Position numbers and translations under genes: made by a program. From contig NIVC01000632.1 in assembly GCA_002269645.1 (NCBI GenBank), positions 1-64,000 on the forward strand: a stretch of DNA of 64,000 bases, given 5' to 3'. Of this stretch, positions 25,613 to 35,302 are shown piece by piece. How positions within the stretch are numbered: the first letter of the stretch is position 1; each line of letters starts with the position of its first letter. This stretch comes from Macrostomum lignano (Eukaryota). The notes below the pieces were generated by a model. That model worked only from the letters and a program-made list of their open reading frames with translations, did no database searches and was not told where the DNA came from.

Positions 25613-25937
25613 CCTTTATACCTTTGCTTTCACAAAGGAGTAGACTGTGTCTTAAGCTATCATAAGGATTGACTAAGTCCTTCAAGCCCACCAGCGTACA
25701 GTCGTTGCATCTCAACCATACTCAAGTCATATGAGGTTAGGTTTTCGATTCACTCTTGCCCATATATTTATCTTCAAGCTTGTTACCGTTGGGAAGAGGA
25801 GTTACCTCTGTTCCTTTGTAATCTTTCGAAAACAAAGTGGTACTTGAAGCTTTAGGGGATTGAGTGAGCGGCTGGTGTTGCCACTAATAGTGACTAGCAG
25901 TAGCTTTGCATCTACCACTCGGCACAGCTCGAGCTCC
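25613..25937 (-). ncRNA. Group I self-splicing intron (~325-330 nt) interrupting PLA2X
   Basis: P3 CACCAGC/GCUGGUG; P4 UCACUC/GAGUGA; P6 AUC/GAU; J6/7 GCA; P7 A-(C bulge)-GACUGU/ACAGUC-U; J8/7 UAAGAC; P9 CCUUUGU-GAAA-GCAAAGG; 5' exon ends in U; candidate terminal G. Confidence 0.88.
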
Positions 25938-26063
25938 ACCCGCGAAGTTGTAAGATGGGATGTGTAATTCATTTGTATACCTTCCAGTAGTAAAGATTGG
26001 TGGTAAGCTTGTTAATCCTTTTTGAACATCTAACAATCCTCCTTCAAACACTATTTGGCTCAT
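25938..26063 (-). CDS. PLA2X 5' exon
   Basis: MSQIVFEGGLLDVQKGL...ELHIPSYNFAG, the first half of the HxPxYNxxGPGT Ca-binding loop. Confidence 0.85.
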
Positions 26064-26661
26064 TTTTAATAGCCTTAAAAATACATGAAAGCACCAATTG
26101 TTTTGCAAATTCTTCTATGGTTGGTTGTTTATCATTTTTTGAAATATTATCTACAGCAACTAAGTATCTTTTATTTCTCCAATTTTCAGACTTTTTAATT
26201 TGTTCTTCATCGCGATAATCAAAAGATGAAGCAGGAATAAAATGGTCAACATGCAAAACACCAATATAATCTTTTGGCACATAATAATGTTTTGTGAAAT
26301 TTAACCAATCAGTAAAGAATTCAATTGAGCAACCAAGGTAATCAACAGTATGATTATTTTTTCGAGCATTATTTGATTTTAGAAGAGAATATATTCTATT
26401 TCGTGTGTTTAAAATAAGTTTGTAATTTTCATCAGTTAATCTTCTTTCATTTTGATATTTTCTGCGCCTTTCTATATTATTTTTATCATATTCTTTTTTC
26501 CATTGAAGCTTATATTCACGATTTTTCTCATACCATTCTTTATCATACTTTCTCTCACAAGGTTTGCAAATACTATAATATCTATTTTGATCTCTACGAA
26601 ATCTAAAATAATCCAAAATTTTCTCTTCTTTACATTTATTACAAATTTTTGTTTCATCCAT
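26044..26661 (-). CDS. Free-standing HNH-type endonuclease (NCLDV/virophage-like) with N-terminal zinc finger
   Basis: CNKC..CKPC; YLGCSIEFF; LHVDHFIPASSFD...WRN...DNISKNDK. Confidence 0.82.
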   Translation of the reverse strand: MDETKICNKCKEEKILDYFRFRRDQNRYYSICKPCERKYDKEWYEKNREYKLQWKKEYDKNNIERRRKYQNERRLTDENYKLILNTRNRIYSLLKSNNARKNNHTVDYLGCSIEFFTDWLNFTKHYYVPKDYIGVLHVDHFIPASSFDYRDEEQIKKSENWRNKRYLVAVDNISKNDKQPTIEEFAKQLVLSCIFKAIKNEPNSV

Positions 26662-26684
26662 TTTATAAAAAATAAATTTAACAA

Positions 26685-27338
26685 TTAAACTCCAGTATGT
26701 CCAGCAGCTTTCGCAGCAGCTAAAACAAGTTTTCGCGGTGTTTTAAATCCATCACCAACAGCTGGTTTGTTATTTATAGAATTAACAATCCATTTATACA
26801 AGCTGGTATTTTTAACAGCTCCTCCTAACTCATCATAAAAAATTCTAGCACTTATTAATTCATCCCTAGTATATAAATCGGGGTTAAATTTTACCCTAGG
26901 GTTCGTAATAATATTAAATGCTCCGCCCAATTCTCTATATAGTTCATTTCGATCTTTAACAACGTTACCAATTCGATAATTACCACCACCTAAATCTGTC
27001 ACAGCAATACTAGTTGGTGCAGGTCTCGGATATTGTTCAACTCCACCCCTAATCTCTTCACGTCTAATTTCTGCAACTCTAAATATTGCTTGATCAGTCT
27101 CATAAGCAGGCGGCTCATCCAAAATTTCATCCTCTTTTGGCTCAGTATTTTTAGCAATTTTTTCCAGAAGATCTTTATCTGTTTTTTCTAGTTCACTAAT
27201 TTTCCCAGTAATAGGATTAACAAAAGGAGCAGCAAATCTTTCGCCAGCTAATTGTATTCCTAACTTTCTTTTTTGTAAATTTCTAACAAAATCAGAATAT
27301 CTTTGCTTCTCTTTATAAATCGCTAAACTCTCCATCAA
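26685..27338 (-). CDS. Polinton hypothetical protein (217 aa), ERFxxPFxNPIT motif recurrent in Polinton accessory ORFs
   Basis: Long open ORF; family assignment from memory and uncertain. Confidence 0.6.
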   Translation of the reverse strand: MMESLAIYKEKQRYSDFVRNLQKRKLGIQLAGERFAAPFVNPITGKISELEKTDKDLLEKIAKNTEPKEDEILDEPPAYETDQAIFRVAEIRREEIRGGVEQYPRPAPTSIAVTDLGGGNYRIGNVVKDRNELYRELGGAFNIITNPRVKFNPDLYTRDELISARIFYDELGGAVKNTSLYKWIVNSINNKPAVGDGFKTPRKLVLAAAKAAGHTGV

Positions 27339-27390
27339 CGTCCATAAATTGACTCATTTTTTAACATAAAAACTTTTTTAACTTAAAAAA

Positions 27391-28883
27391 ATGGCTGAAA
27401 CAAAAAACTATGTGGAGTGATAAATTTCATTTCAAAAAGCACGACAGTATATTTAATGAGGTCAGAGCAAGAGATTTAAATTATACCCTACAAAAGTGAT
27501 AATTCAAATAACTTTTACTGGACGGTAACTTTTGGACATCGGCGCAACCAACACTATATTGGATATGAAAATGCGTTTATTCCGCGTTAGATGGTTGTAT
27601 ACTAGAAATGATGGAACTGCTCTTGCAGCCGGAGATATCGCAGATCGATCCGGAATAATAATAGAAATGATTGTTTTATAAATGTTTTTCCCAAGCTCAA
27701 CTAACTGTTAATGGTGCTGAGGTTGAGACATCATCAAACCCCGCAGAGATTAATGGAGTTTTGAAACATTTAAATATACTTATTTATCAAAACAAGTTGG
27801 TGATAATGTTGGGTGGATGCCGGATAAAGGTAACGGTCAAGCAGTAGTTTTCCTAATGCTACAAAACGCAGCTGGTGCAGATACTGCAGCTCTAATTGCT
27901 TACCTTAATACAAACATAGTTCCAGTTGTAACCACTATGACTAATACAAAAGATATTAACACCGCTTTATAGATCGTCAGAATAAATTCCAGTTGCAGTT
28001 TTAACCACGGCAACGGATATGAGCAGGACTTTTCAATCTTCCGCTATTTGGGTTCTTCTCACCAAATCGGGTATGGAAAGGATTAAAATTTGGGATACAG
28101 TTGCAAATATCTGGTGGATATCAGCTAGGATACTTTATGGAACCTCAATTTCAACCGATATAGCAGTTCGTATAGATTCAATTCAATTAGTCGTACCAAC
28201 TATTGAGGTAACAGCCCCACTTTTAAAACACATCGATAATCAGTTAACGCATGATCAGGAAATATTTTATTTGAATCGTCGACATTTTATGCGAACCATT
28301 AATAATAACAGGATTCATTCCAGTGGCAAATACTGACATCAAAACGTCGGGTGAGATATATTTTTGTTTGGTTTAAGATAACAAATAGAAGGAGTAAAAG
28401 AGCAAATGGGGATTTATATTGGCTTCAATCCGGTGCCATAGCAGAACAAGCAGCCACCGCAACAGACAATGCGGCTGCAGCTATTAACGAGTTTAATGTT
28501 CAGAATATCCGCCTGCAGGTTGATGATCAATATTATCCGGTTAAAGACCCCTAAATTTAAATATAGCAAATAATAATGTTAATGATTTTATAAAATATTA
28601 TCAAGATTATGCTAAAAATGAAGCGTATGCCGTCCCTCAGTACACACCCACAGAGTTTCTAAACATTCATCCAGTGGTTGTTTATGATCTAACGGCACAG
28701 AAAGAAAACGTAGCCAATATTGGACTTAATTATATGTTAGAGATTAATAAAACCGGTAATCAGGCACTTGACGCCCACGTATTGTTTCTAGAGGAATATA
28801 TGTCAATTGCTAAAGCTGATGGCACGATTGTTCGGGACGCGCACTTTAGTGTCGCAGTGCAAAGCACGTCGCCCCCGCTGTAA
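27391..28883 (+). CDS. Major capsid protein (double jelly-roll), broken by several frameshifts
   Basis: Pieces across frames: VTFDIG, QAQLTVNGAEVE, IRLQVDDQYYP, YTPTEFLNIHPVVVYDLTAQKE; ~1.5 kb length and position fit MCP. Confidence 0.8.
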
Positions 28884-28931
28884 GCGGTGCAGGTCTCCGA
28901 CCGTCGCGCCTATTTAAATTTTTCTTTAAAA

Positions 28932-29687
28932 ATGGTAAAGGCAAAACACGATAAGATATTTCCAAATGATCCTTTTCTTTGTTTAGTAATCGGAGGATCA
29001 GGTAAAGGAAAAACACACTTTGTTTACGATTTATTAACAACAGATGGAATGTTAGACTATAATAATTTAATAATTTATACTAACAAACCTAGAATAAAAT
29101 ATTATGAATTTCTTAAACATGGATTAAAAAACAAATTAAAAAAGATGTCTTGTTTAGAATGTTAAGAGCATATGAGCAATATGAGGATGATGACGAACCG
29201 CGATTTACACTCGATGACATTGAGGATTTATGTAAAACAATGGCACAACAACCAGAAAACATCACCGAACGAGCCCCCAACTGTTAGAGTATCAACCCGA
29301 TTAGCCTATGATCAAATTCCAAAACATGATAAAACACTAATTATTTTTGATGATTGTATTAATGACGGTGATCAAGAATTGCAAAAGGAAATTTTTGTTA
29401 GTGGTAGAGGAGATGGAATTGGAGCTTTTTATCTAACACAGTCCTTTAGAGAATTAGAATCGATTATAAAAAAGAATGCAAGTTGTTGTGTAATGTTTGA
29501 TTTAGATAATTATGATTTACAAAATATACACGCTAGATTTAATCCTGGGTTGGATACAAAACAATTTAAAAGCTTGTGTAAAAAAATTTGGGATGATAGC
29601 CAATACAAACATATATATATCAACCCAAGGTTAGAAAGGAAAAATCGAATCTTAAAAGATCTGATGAAAGAGGACGATGAGGATTAA
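28932..29687 (+). CDS. A32/FtsK-type packaging ATPase, one frameshift near 29160
   Basis: Walker A GGSGKGKT; Walker B LIIFDD; FVSGR; YLTQS. Confidence 0.92.
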
Positions 29688-29702
29688 TTTCCCACTATAA
29701 AA

Positions 29703-30487
29703 ATGACTACAAATTTAAATACTATAAAACAATTGGTAGATCGAACTAATTCAAAATTTAGTACAACCTTACAGTTTATAATGACAACCAGTGAACAACG
29801 TATTCAATTGCGCGACCCGTTACAACTTGATCAAAGCCTAAGTTATCAAATAGGTTTGATACTATTTTCGGTTTTTAACATGCCTCAATTAATTAATGCA
29901 ACAAATAATCAATTTAGATATTCTAAAGATTCCGGAGCCAATTGGACAACATTTAGCGTTAACCCAGGAGCGTATTCCTATACCGATTTGAATGCTTATA
30001 TAGAAGGAGAATTAACAACTAATGGAGATTGGGTATCAGGCGCAATTGTTATAGGGGTTGATTTACCATCTGGCAGATTCACACTATCACTAGGATCCGG
30101 ATATCAGGTTGATTTCACAATTGCAAATTCACTCAGAACCATACTTGGATTTAATTCCCGAATCGTTACCACATCAAGCACCGGCGATACTGTTGGAAAT
30201 ATTGAGGGTGGTGTTAATACAATTAATATTACAACCGACATATCAAACGGCGGTTATATAACAGATAATAATGGAGTTTTGGTTCAACGTGGAATTATTT
30301 ATTCAATCCCATTTCTTGCTGTTCCAATTGGAGAGAAAATGATTGTTTCACCCAAACCCCAATATATTATCCTTTAAATCAATATAGTGTTCAATCAATT
30401 TATATTAGGATTGTAGATGAAAGCGATAGATTAATAAGTTTTGGTGGGCAGTCAATAACAATAATTTTACGTATAAAACAGGTTTAA
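29703..30487 (+). CDS. Minor capsid protein (penton, single jelly-roll), frameshift near 30370
   Basis: NNQFRY, PGAYSYTDLN, IYSIP..VPIGEK; shifted C-terminus PLNQYSVQSIYIRIVDESDRLISFGGQSITIILRIKQV. Confidence 0.85.
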
Positions 30488-30497
30488 TATTGTAAAA

Positions 30498-30668
30498 ATG
30501 GGTAACAATAGTTTAAAAAAACAAACGGAAAAAGTTCAAAATGCAAAGGATAATTATGAAATCGAACTAACAAAATTGAAACAACTGCAAGCAGAAAAAA
30601 TCCGAAAGGAACTGTTAAAATCCAAACCAACGAAACTAACCAAAACCAAGAGTTTTTCAGGAACATAA
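30498..30668 (+). CDS. Small 56 aa basic coiled-coil ORF starting MGNNS (possible N-myristoylation)
   Basis: Below the ORF-track cutoff; AAAAATG start; fills the gap between mCP and protease exactly. Confidence 0.5.
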   Translation: MGNNSLKKQTEKVQNAKDNYEIELTKLKQLQAEKIRKELLKSKPTKLTKTKSFSGT

Positions 30669-30669
30669 A

Positions 30670-31106
30670 ATGACTATGAATTGGCAGTTGTTCAAACAAA
30701 GATATGGAACAGACACAACAAGCAATATTGAATTAACAAATTGGGCGCGACAACTAAAAATAAAACCATTCAGATGTGTTATGCGAGATGAGATCAAAGA
30801 CTTACCACAATATGGATCTTTCATTGTTAATATTGAAACAACAAAAGAAAACGGGGTTCATTGGTCAGCAGTTTATTCAAAACCTAAACTTGTTTATTTT
30901 TTTGATTCATACGCGCTTCCTCCGTTACAGGAAATAAAAGATAAATTTAATCATACTAAAAATCGTTTATGTGGAGATCATCATGAACAATTTCAAACAT
31001 TTGACAAAAGTTATTGCGGGCAAGCGCGTTGTATTTTTTATATAAAATTAATAACTCTAAGGAAAGACCCGAAGCATTTAAAGCAATTTTAGATTCTATA
31101 AAATAG
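30670..31106 (+). CDS. Adenain-like cysteine maturation protease (C-terminal frameshift)
   Basis: GVHWSAV (His), YFFDSY (Asp), FQTFDKSYCG (Gln, Cys). Confidence 0.9.
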
Positions 31107-31116
31107 ACAGTAAAAA

Positions 31117-33047
31117 ATGTTATTTTCTGGAACACCCTCATGGAACGGAACAACAAGTACTGGTGGAGGCGCATCTGGTGGAATAAGTGTTACATTCGGA
31201 GATAACCGATATATTAATGAAGATGAAGGTTATAAAAAAACTGAAATTGATAATAAACTAAATTTGAAACGGAATGTTGCAGATTCCTATACCAAAACTC
31301 AAATAGATGATTCATTAAATTTAAAACGCAATACAGCCGATTCTTATACCAAAACGAAGTTGATAATTCCCTAAATTTAAAACGGAATGTTGCCGATTCT
31401 TATACCAAAACTGAAGTTGATAATTCCCTAAATTTAAAAAGAAATATAACTGATTCTTATACCAAAACTGAAGTTGATAATTCCCTAAATTTAAAAAGAG
31501 ATATAACTGATTCTTATACCAAAACTGAGGTTGATAATTCCCTAAATTTAAAACGGAATGTTGCCGATTCTTATACCAAAACCGAAGTTGATAATTTAGT
31601 TGGAGGTGGAGCCCCAAAACAGGATCGATTCCAAACGGTTGAAACCGGACACGTACCAACTATGGCAGCTTGGAGTGGAAATGGTTTTGCAATATCCGCA
31701 AGCACAGCATTTAATACAACCGATTTTGCAAGTTGGAAAGCGTTTGATGGTAATGATTCAACAGATTGGGCAACAAATAATACTCAAACTGATTATTGGA
31801 TTCAAGTCCAATGTCCATCCGCGATAATGTGTTATAAAATTGATTTACGTGGGAGACCATCACCATCAACCGAACACCCAGCATCATGGCGATTTGAGGG
31901 CAGTAATGACAATACGAGCTGGGATGTTTTAATACCGGCTGGCAGTTCTGTAGAAATAAATAACTCAACTCAAACAATTAATGTCACACAAAATTTTGAT
32001 AAAACATATTCATATTTCAGATTGTTCTGTCTTACATCAACATCGGGTTCTACCAACCCCGGCTTATCAACTTTTCAGATTTATAGACAGACTTTTACAA
32101 TTCTTGATTTAAATTTGGGAGTTGTTAATCAATCAATTGATATGGGTGGTAACACAATTACTAACATATCTACTATAAACAATAACAGTTCTGTTGTTAC
32201 TAAAGGTTATGTTGATACGCGAGTAACCCAAACGGCAGATGGCCGAATGTCTTTTAACGATAAAATAAAATTGGATGGCATACCGGCAATTGATGCCGCT
32301 TTGTACGAACCCGTAATTTGCAATTGGACTGGGTATCAAAATCCAACCACTGCCGGCGATATTTTTCCAACAGGAAGTTTCGTTGGCGACGCTTCTTATA
32401 TCGATTATCAAAATGGAGCTAGAATTACTCGTGAAACCTCAGGTGTAAGTGGTGCTTTACAATTTAATTTCACCCATTTTCGTAATATATCCGCCTCCTT
32501 CTATTTCCGAGTTGCTAATGCTACAGGAGATGGTGCTGACGCTGTTTGGTTTTATGCATACTGTCATGAACGACCAACAAGTGAATTTGGAACTGGATTA
32601 ACAACCGACGCCGGCTTGATAGTGTTTGCGAGTGAATGGCATGACAGAGTTGGGGTTCTTTGGAGTAATAAAAAATCAGACGGAGCAACAGTTCGTAATG
32701 ATGTTCTTAATGACGCCGATCAAACGATAACTTATGCAAATATTGATAATGGCGATTGGCATTTATTTGAAATTAATATTTTAAATCAAAGAGTTTGGTA
32801 TCAATTAAGATCATACAATGTTTCAACCAAAGTTTATACACTAATTGGGCAAAACTTTTTTACATATGATAGCGGAACTTGGGGAGAGTTGGATAAAACA
32901 GGAACTCTTATGGGGTTTGGTGCTCGAACTGGAGGATCGGATGCTGCACATTTTATTCGTGGTGCCGCCGTTTGTGGTAGCACATCAGCAGGCTATGATT
33001 TTGCTGCGACCGCATATTTGGAACAACCACCCACACAGATCAGCTAA
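31117..33047 (+). CDS. Fibre/spike-like protein: 19 aa DSYTKTEVDNSLNLKRNVA repeats, F5/8 discoidin domain, MGGNTITN..TKGYVD stalk, L-type lectin domain; frameshifts near 31350 and 31620
   Basis: 57 bp repeats at 31339, 31395, 31452, 31509, 31566; WKAFDG..WIQVQ..SWRFEGSND..W; GADAVWF...GFGARTGG...HFIR. Confidence 0.78.
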
Positions 33048-33116
33048 TGCTGCGACCCTACGGGCGATCGCCTAAGGCGCGGACTTCGTCCGATCAGTTA
33101 AATATTTCTATATAAA

Positions 33117-33416
33117 ATGGCTTTTAGTAGAACTCCATCGATGCGGCAAAATAATGTTATTATTCCTATTCCTAAACAAGAATCAAATATAAAAACATTC
33201 AAATCTCATACCAAATTTTTATTTAGTACTGTAAATGTTCAGGATAATAAGAAGCTTCAAGAATTAATTAAGTTATTAAAAAATCATATTATACTTCAAG
33301 AGTTTTGGAAAATAGGATTTAAATGGGAGAAAAAAGAAAGAATCACTCCAATACAATACCTATTGAGCTCGGGACAAATCCCAAAGAGCGCGGGGAATTC
33401 ATTTTGGTGCTATTAA
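33117..33416 (+). CDS. Polinton hypothetical protein (99 aa)
   Basis: Open ORF with TATAAAATG start. Confidence 0.55.
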   Translation: MAFSRTPSMRQNNVIIPIPKQESNIKTFKSHTKFLFSTVNVQDNKKLQELIKLLKNHIILQEFWKIGFKWEKKERITPIQYLLSSGQIPKSAGNSFWCY

Positions 33417-33428
33417 AAATAGACGAGA

Positions 33429-34067
33429 ATGTCGGTATCTGAAGCAGATAAATGGGAACGCGACCGGTTCAACCAACGTAAAGGTCAGATGTTAAGTAAT
33501 GTTGATCGTATTAACTATGATTATGATTTATATACTAAAAAAGTAAGAAGAGTTTCAAACCATATAAGAAATATGGACTTTTTCAATATTGGATTTGGAA
33601 GCTTATCAATGTTATGTGTAATCGTTTTAGGTATTTTACAATCTATTCCAACTCTTAATTTATCTCAATTATTTTTAGGTATTTCAATTGGCTCAATATC
33701 AGGTTTTGAATTGATCAGAAACTTATCAATACTTTTAGCAATTAAATTATATCTTAAAAAAAGAAAGGAAAAATATAAATCATTAAGAGATGTTGCCAAG
33801 CAATATAAAAATCAGTTATATTTATATGTGCAAAAAATATTGGATGACGGAGAGATAACGATTCATGAATTATCAACCGCGGTTGAGTTATATGAAAAAT
33901 ATTTAAAAGATAGAAATAGAATTTTAGATGTTGAAACTTTTACCGATATGGAATTAAAAGAGTTGAGACTCGATAAACCCAAAGCTCCACCGATAGAAAC
34001 ATTAGGCATTTACGAACCTGAAACTATTGCTACTGGGCACAAAGCCCGCGGTCAGGAAGTGCGGTAG
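33429..34067 (+). CDS. Two-TM membrane protein with helical tail (ILDDGEITIHE motif)
   Basis: Hydrophobic segments at ~50-75 and ~80-108 aa followed by a K/Y-rich helix. Confidence 0.7.
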   Translation: MSVSEADKWERDRFNQRKGQMLSNVDRINYDYDLYTKKVRRVSNHIRNMDFFNIGFGSLSMLCVIVLGILQSIPTLNLSQLFLGISIGSISGFELIRNLSILLAIKLYLKKRKEKYKSLRDVAKQYKNQLYLYVQKILDDGEITIHELSTAVELYEKYLKDRNRILDVETFTDMELKELRLDKPKAPPIETLGIYEPETIATGHKARGQEVR

Positions 34068-34564
34068 AACTTCAGGTTGTTTAGTTTTTCTAATGCATAT
34101 GTTATATATTCTTCCCAAAGTGGTAACTCTCTTCTGATCCTAGGTTTAAATTTTTTATCAATACATAAAAATTCCAATGACTTTTTCAGTAACATTTCGT
34201 TAGGTATGTTACCTATCCTTATAAACTTTGTATTCTCTCGAATAAGAAAATTGAAATAATATCCAACTAAAATTAAAATCCTTTCGGAGTCTTTCGAACT
34301 TAATCCCTTTCCTTTATTTAAATGGAAAAAGTTATTATATAAATAAACATTATTTCCGGGAATTAAAATTGGATCAGAAATGTCTCTTGTAAGATTTCTT
34401 AAAATTGTATTTTTAAAATAGTAATATGAGTTTTCAATCTTTTTTGTTTTTTCAAATTGATATATTTTAGAACATGAATAACACATATGATATATATCTC
34501 CGTTTGCTGTTTGCCCTCTGTGCATAGTCACATTACATTTATTACATTCGTAAATGTCTTTCAT
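34052..34564 (-). CDS. Hypothetical protein with N-terminal zinc ribbon (170 aa)
   Basis: CNKC...CYSC. Confidence 0.65.
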   Translation of the reverse strand: MKDIYECNKCNVTMHRGQTANGDIYHMCYSCSKIYQFEKTKKIENSYYYFKNTILRNLTRDISDPILIPGNNVYLYNNFFHLNKGKGLSSKDSERILILVGYYFNFLIRENTKFIRIGNIPNEMLLKKSLEFLCIDKKFKPRIRRELPLWEEYITYALEKLNNLKFYRTS

Positions 34565-34590
34565 TTTTTTGTTATTTTTTTAGATTAAAA

Positions 34591-34923
34591 ATGGAGAGCT
34601 GGTTCAAAACCGATTCTAATGTGATTAATTATCTCACACCCAATATGTTGGAGAATAAAGAATATAATATTATATGTTTGAGACAGGTTAAATTTATTGG
34701 GCTTCAATCAATATTTTTACAATTAGATGGGCAAAAAATTTTATGTCTAAGCGGAGATGATGTTAAAAATTTTCCTGTTTTAGTTATTAATAAACCTAAA
34801 GCGTTTGTTATGAAATACTGCAACGAGGGTGGATTGCAATTTAAACTAAAACAAACAAATAATAAAAAGAGTGATAGGACTGTAAAATTGGCGGCTGTTT
34901 GGGAGGATGACGACGAAGACTAA
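34591..34923 (+). CDS. Hypothetical protein with acidic tail (110 aa)
   Basis: Open ORF, AAAAATG start, ends WEDDDED. Confidence 0.65.
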   Translation: MESWFKTDSNVINYLTPNMLENKEYNIICLRQVKFIGLQSIFLQLDGQKILCLSGDDVKNFPVLVINKPKAFVMKYCNEGGLQFKLKQTNNKKSDRTVKLAAVWEDDDED

Positions 34924-34938
34924 ATTTTTTATAAGAAA

Positions 34939-35274
34939 ATGGATACGATAAAAATCCTTATCACTAAAGAGCGTGAACTTAATGATATTAATAAAAAAAT
35001 AAATATAATTATATCTCAGAAATATCATGAGTATGGGGACGATATGTTTCCCATCCGATATGAAATGGATAAAAGAAAACGTTTTATTAAATCTGCAATT
35101 GCTTATGCTGAAACAGTAATTGAAATCGAAATAGATAGGTTGGTTAGAAAAATAAAAAAACTTAGGAAAAAAATAAAGGATTGTTTAAGTTACCCTGACG
35201 ACTGCGAGGAAATTGGCCTTCAATATTATATGAAATCGAAATGGATATTATGCTTAAACAATTACATGCTTTAG
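34939..35274 (+). CDS. Hypothetical helical protein (111 aa)
   Basis: Open ORF, AAAATG start. Confidence 0.6.
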   Translation: MDTIKILITKERELNDINKKINIIISQKYHEYGDDMFPIRYEMDKRKRFIKSAIAYAETVIEIEIDRLVRKIKKLRKKIKDCLSYPDDCEEIGLQYYMKSKWILCLNNYML

Positions 35275-35302
35275 TTTTTTCCGCCCCGAAGGGTCGCGGA
35301 TT

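Noticed and set aside
25614-25939. Spliceosomal GT-AG intron as the explanation of the PLA2 insert
   Set aside because: G|GTGGAG...AAAG|GCC joins out of frame (GRVDS), the donor is weak, there is no pyrimidine tract, and the insert has a group I core.
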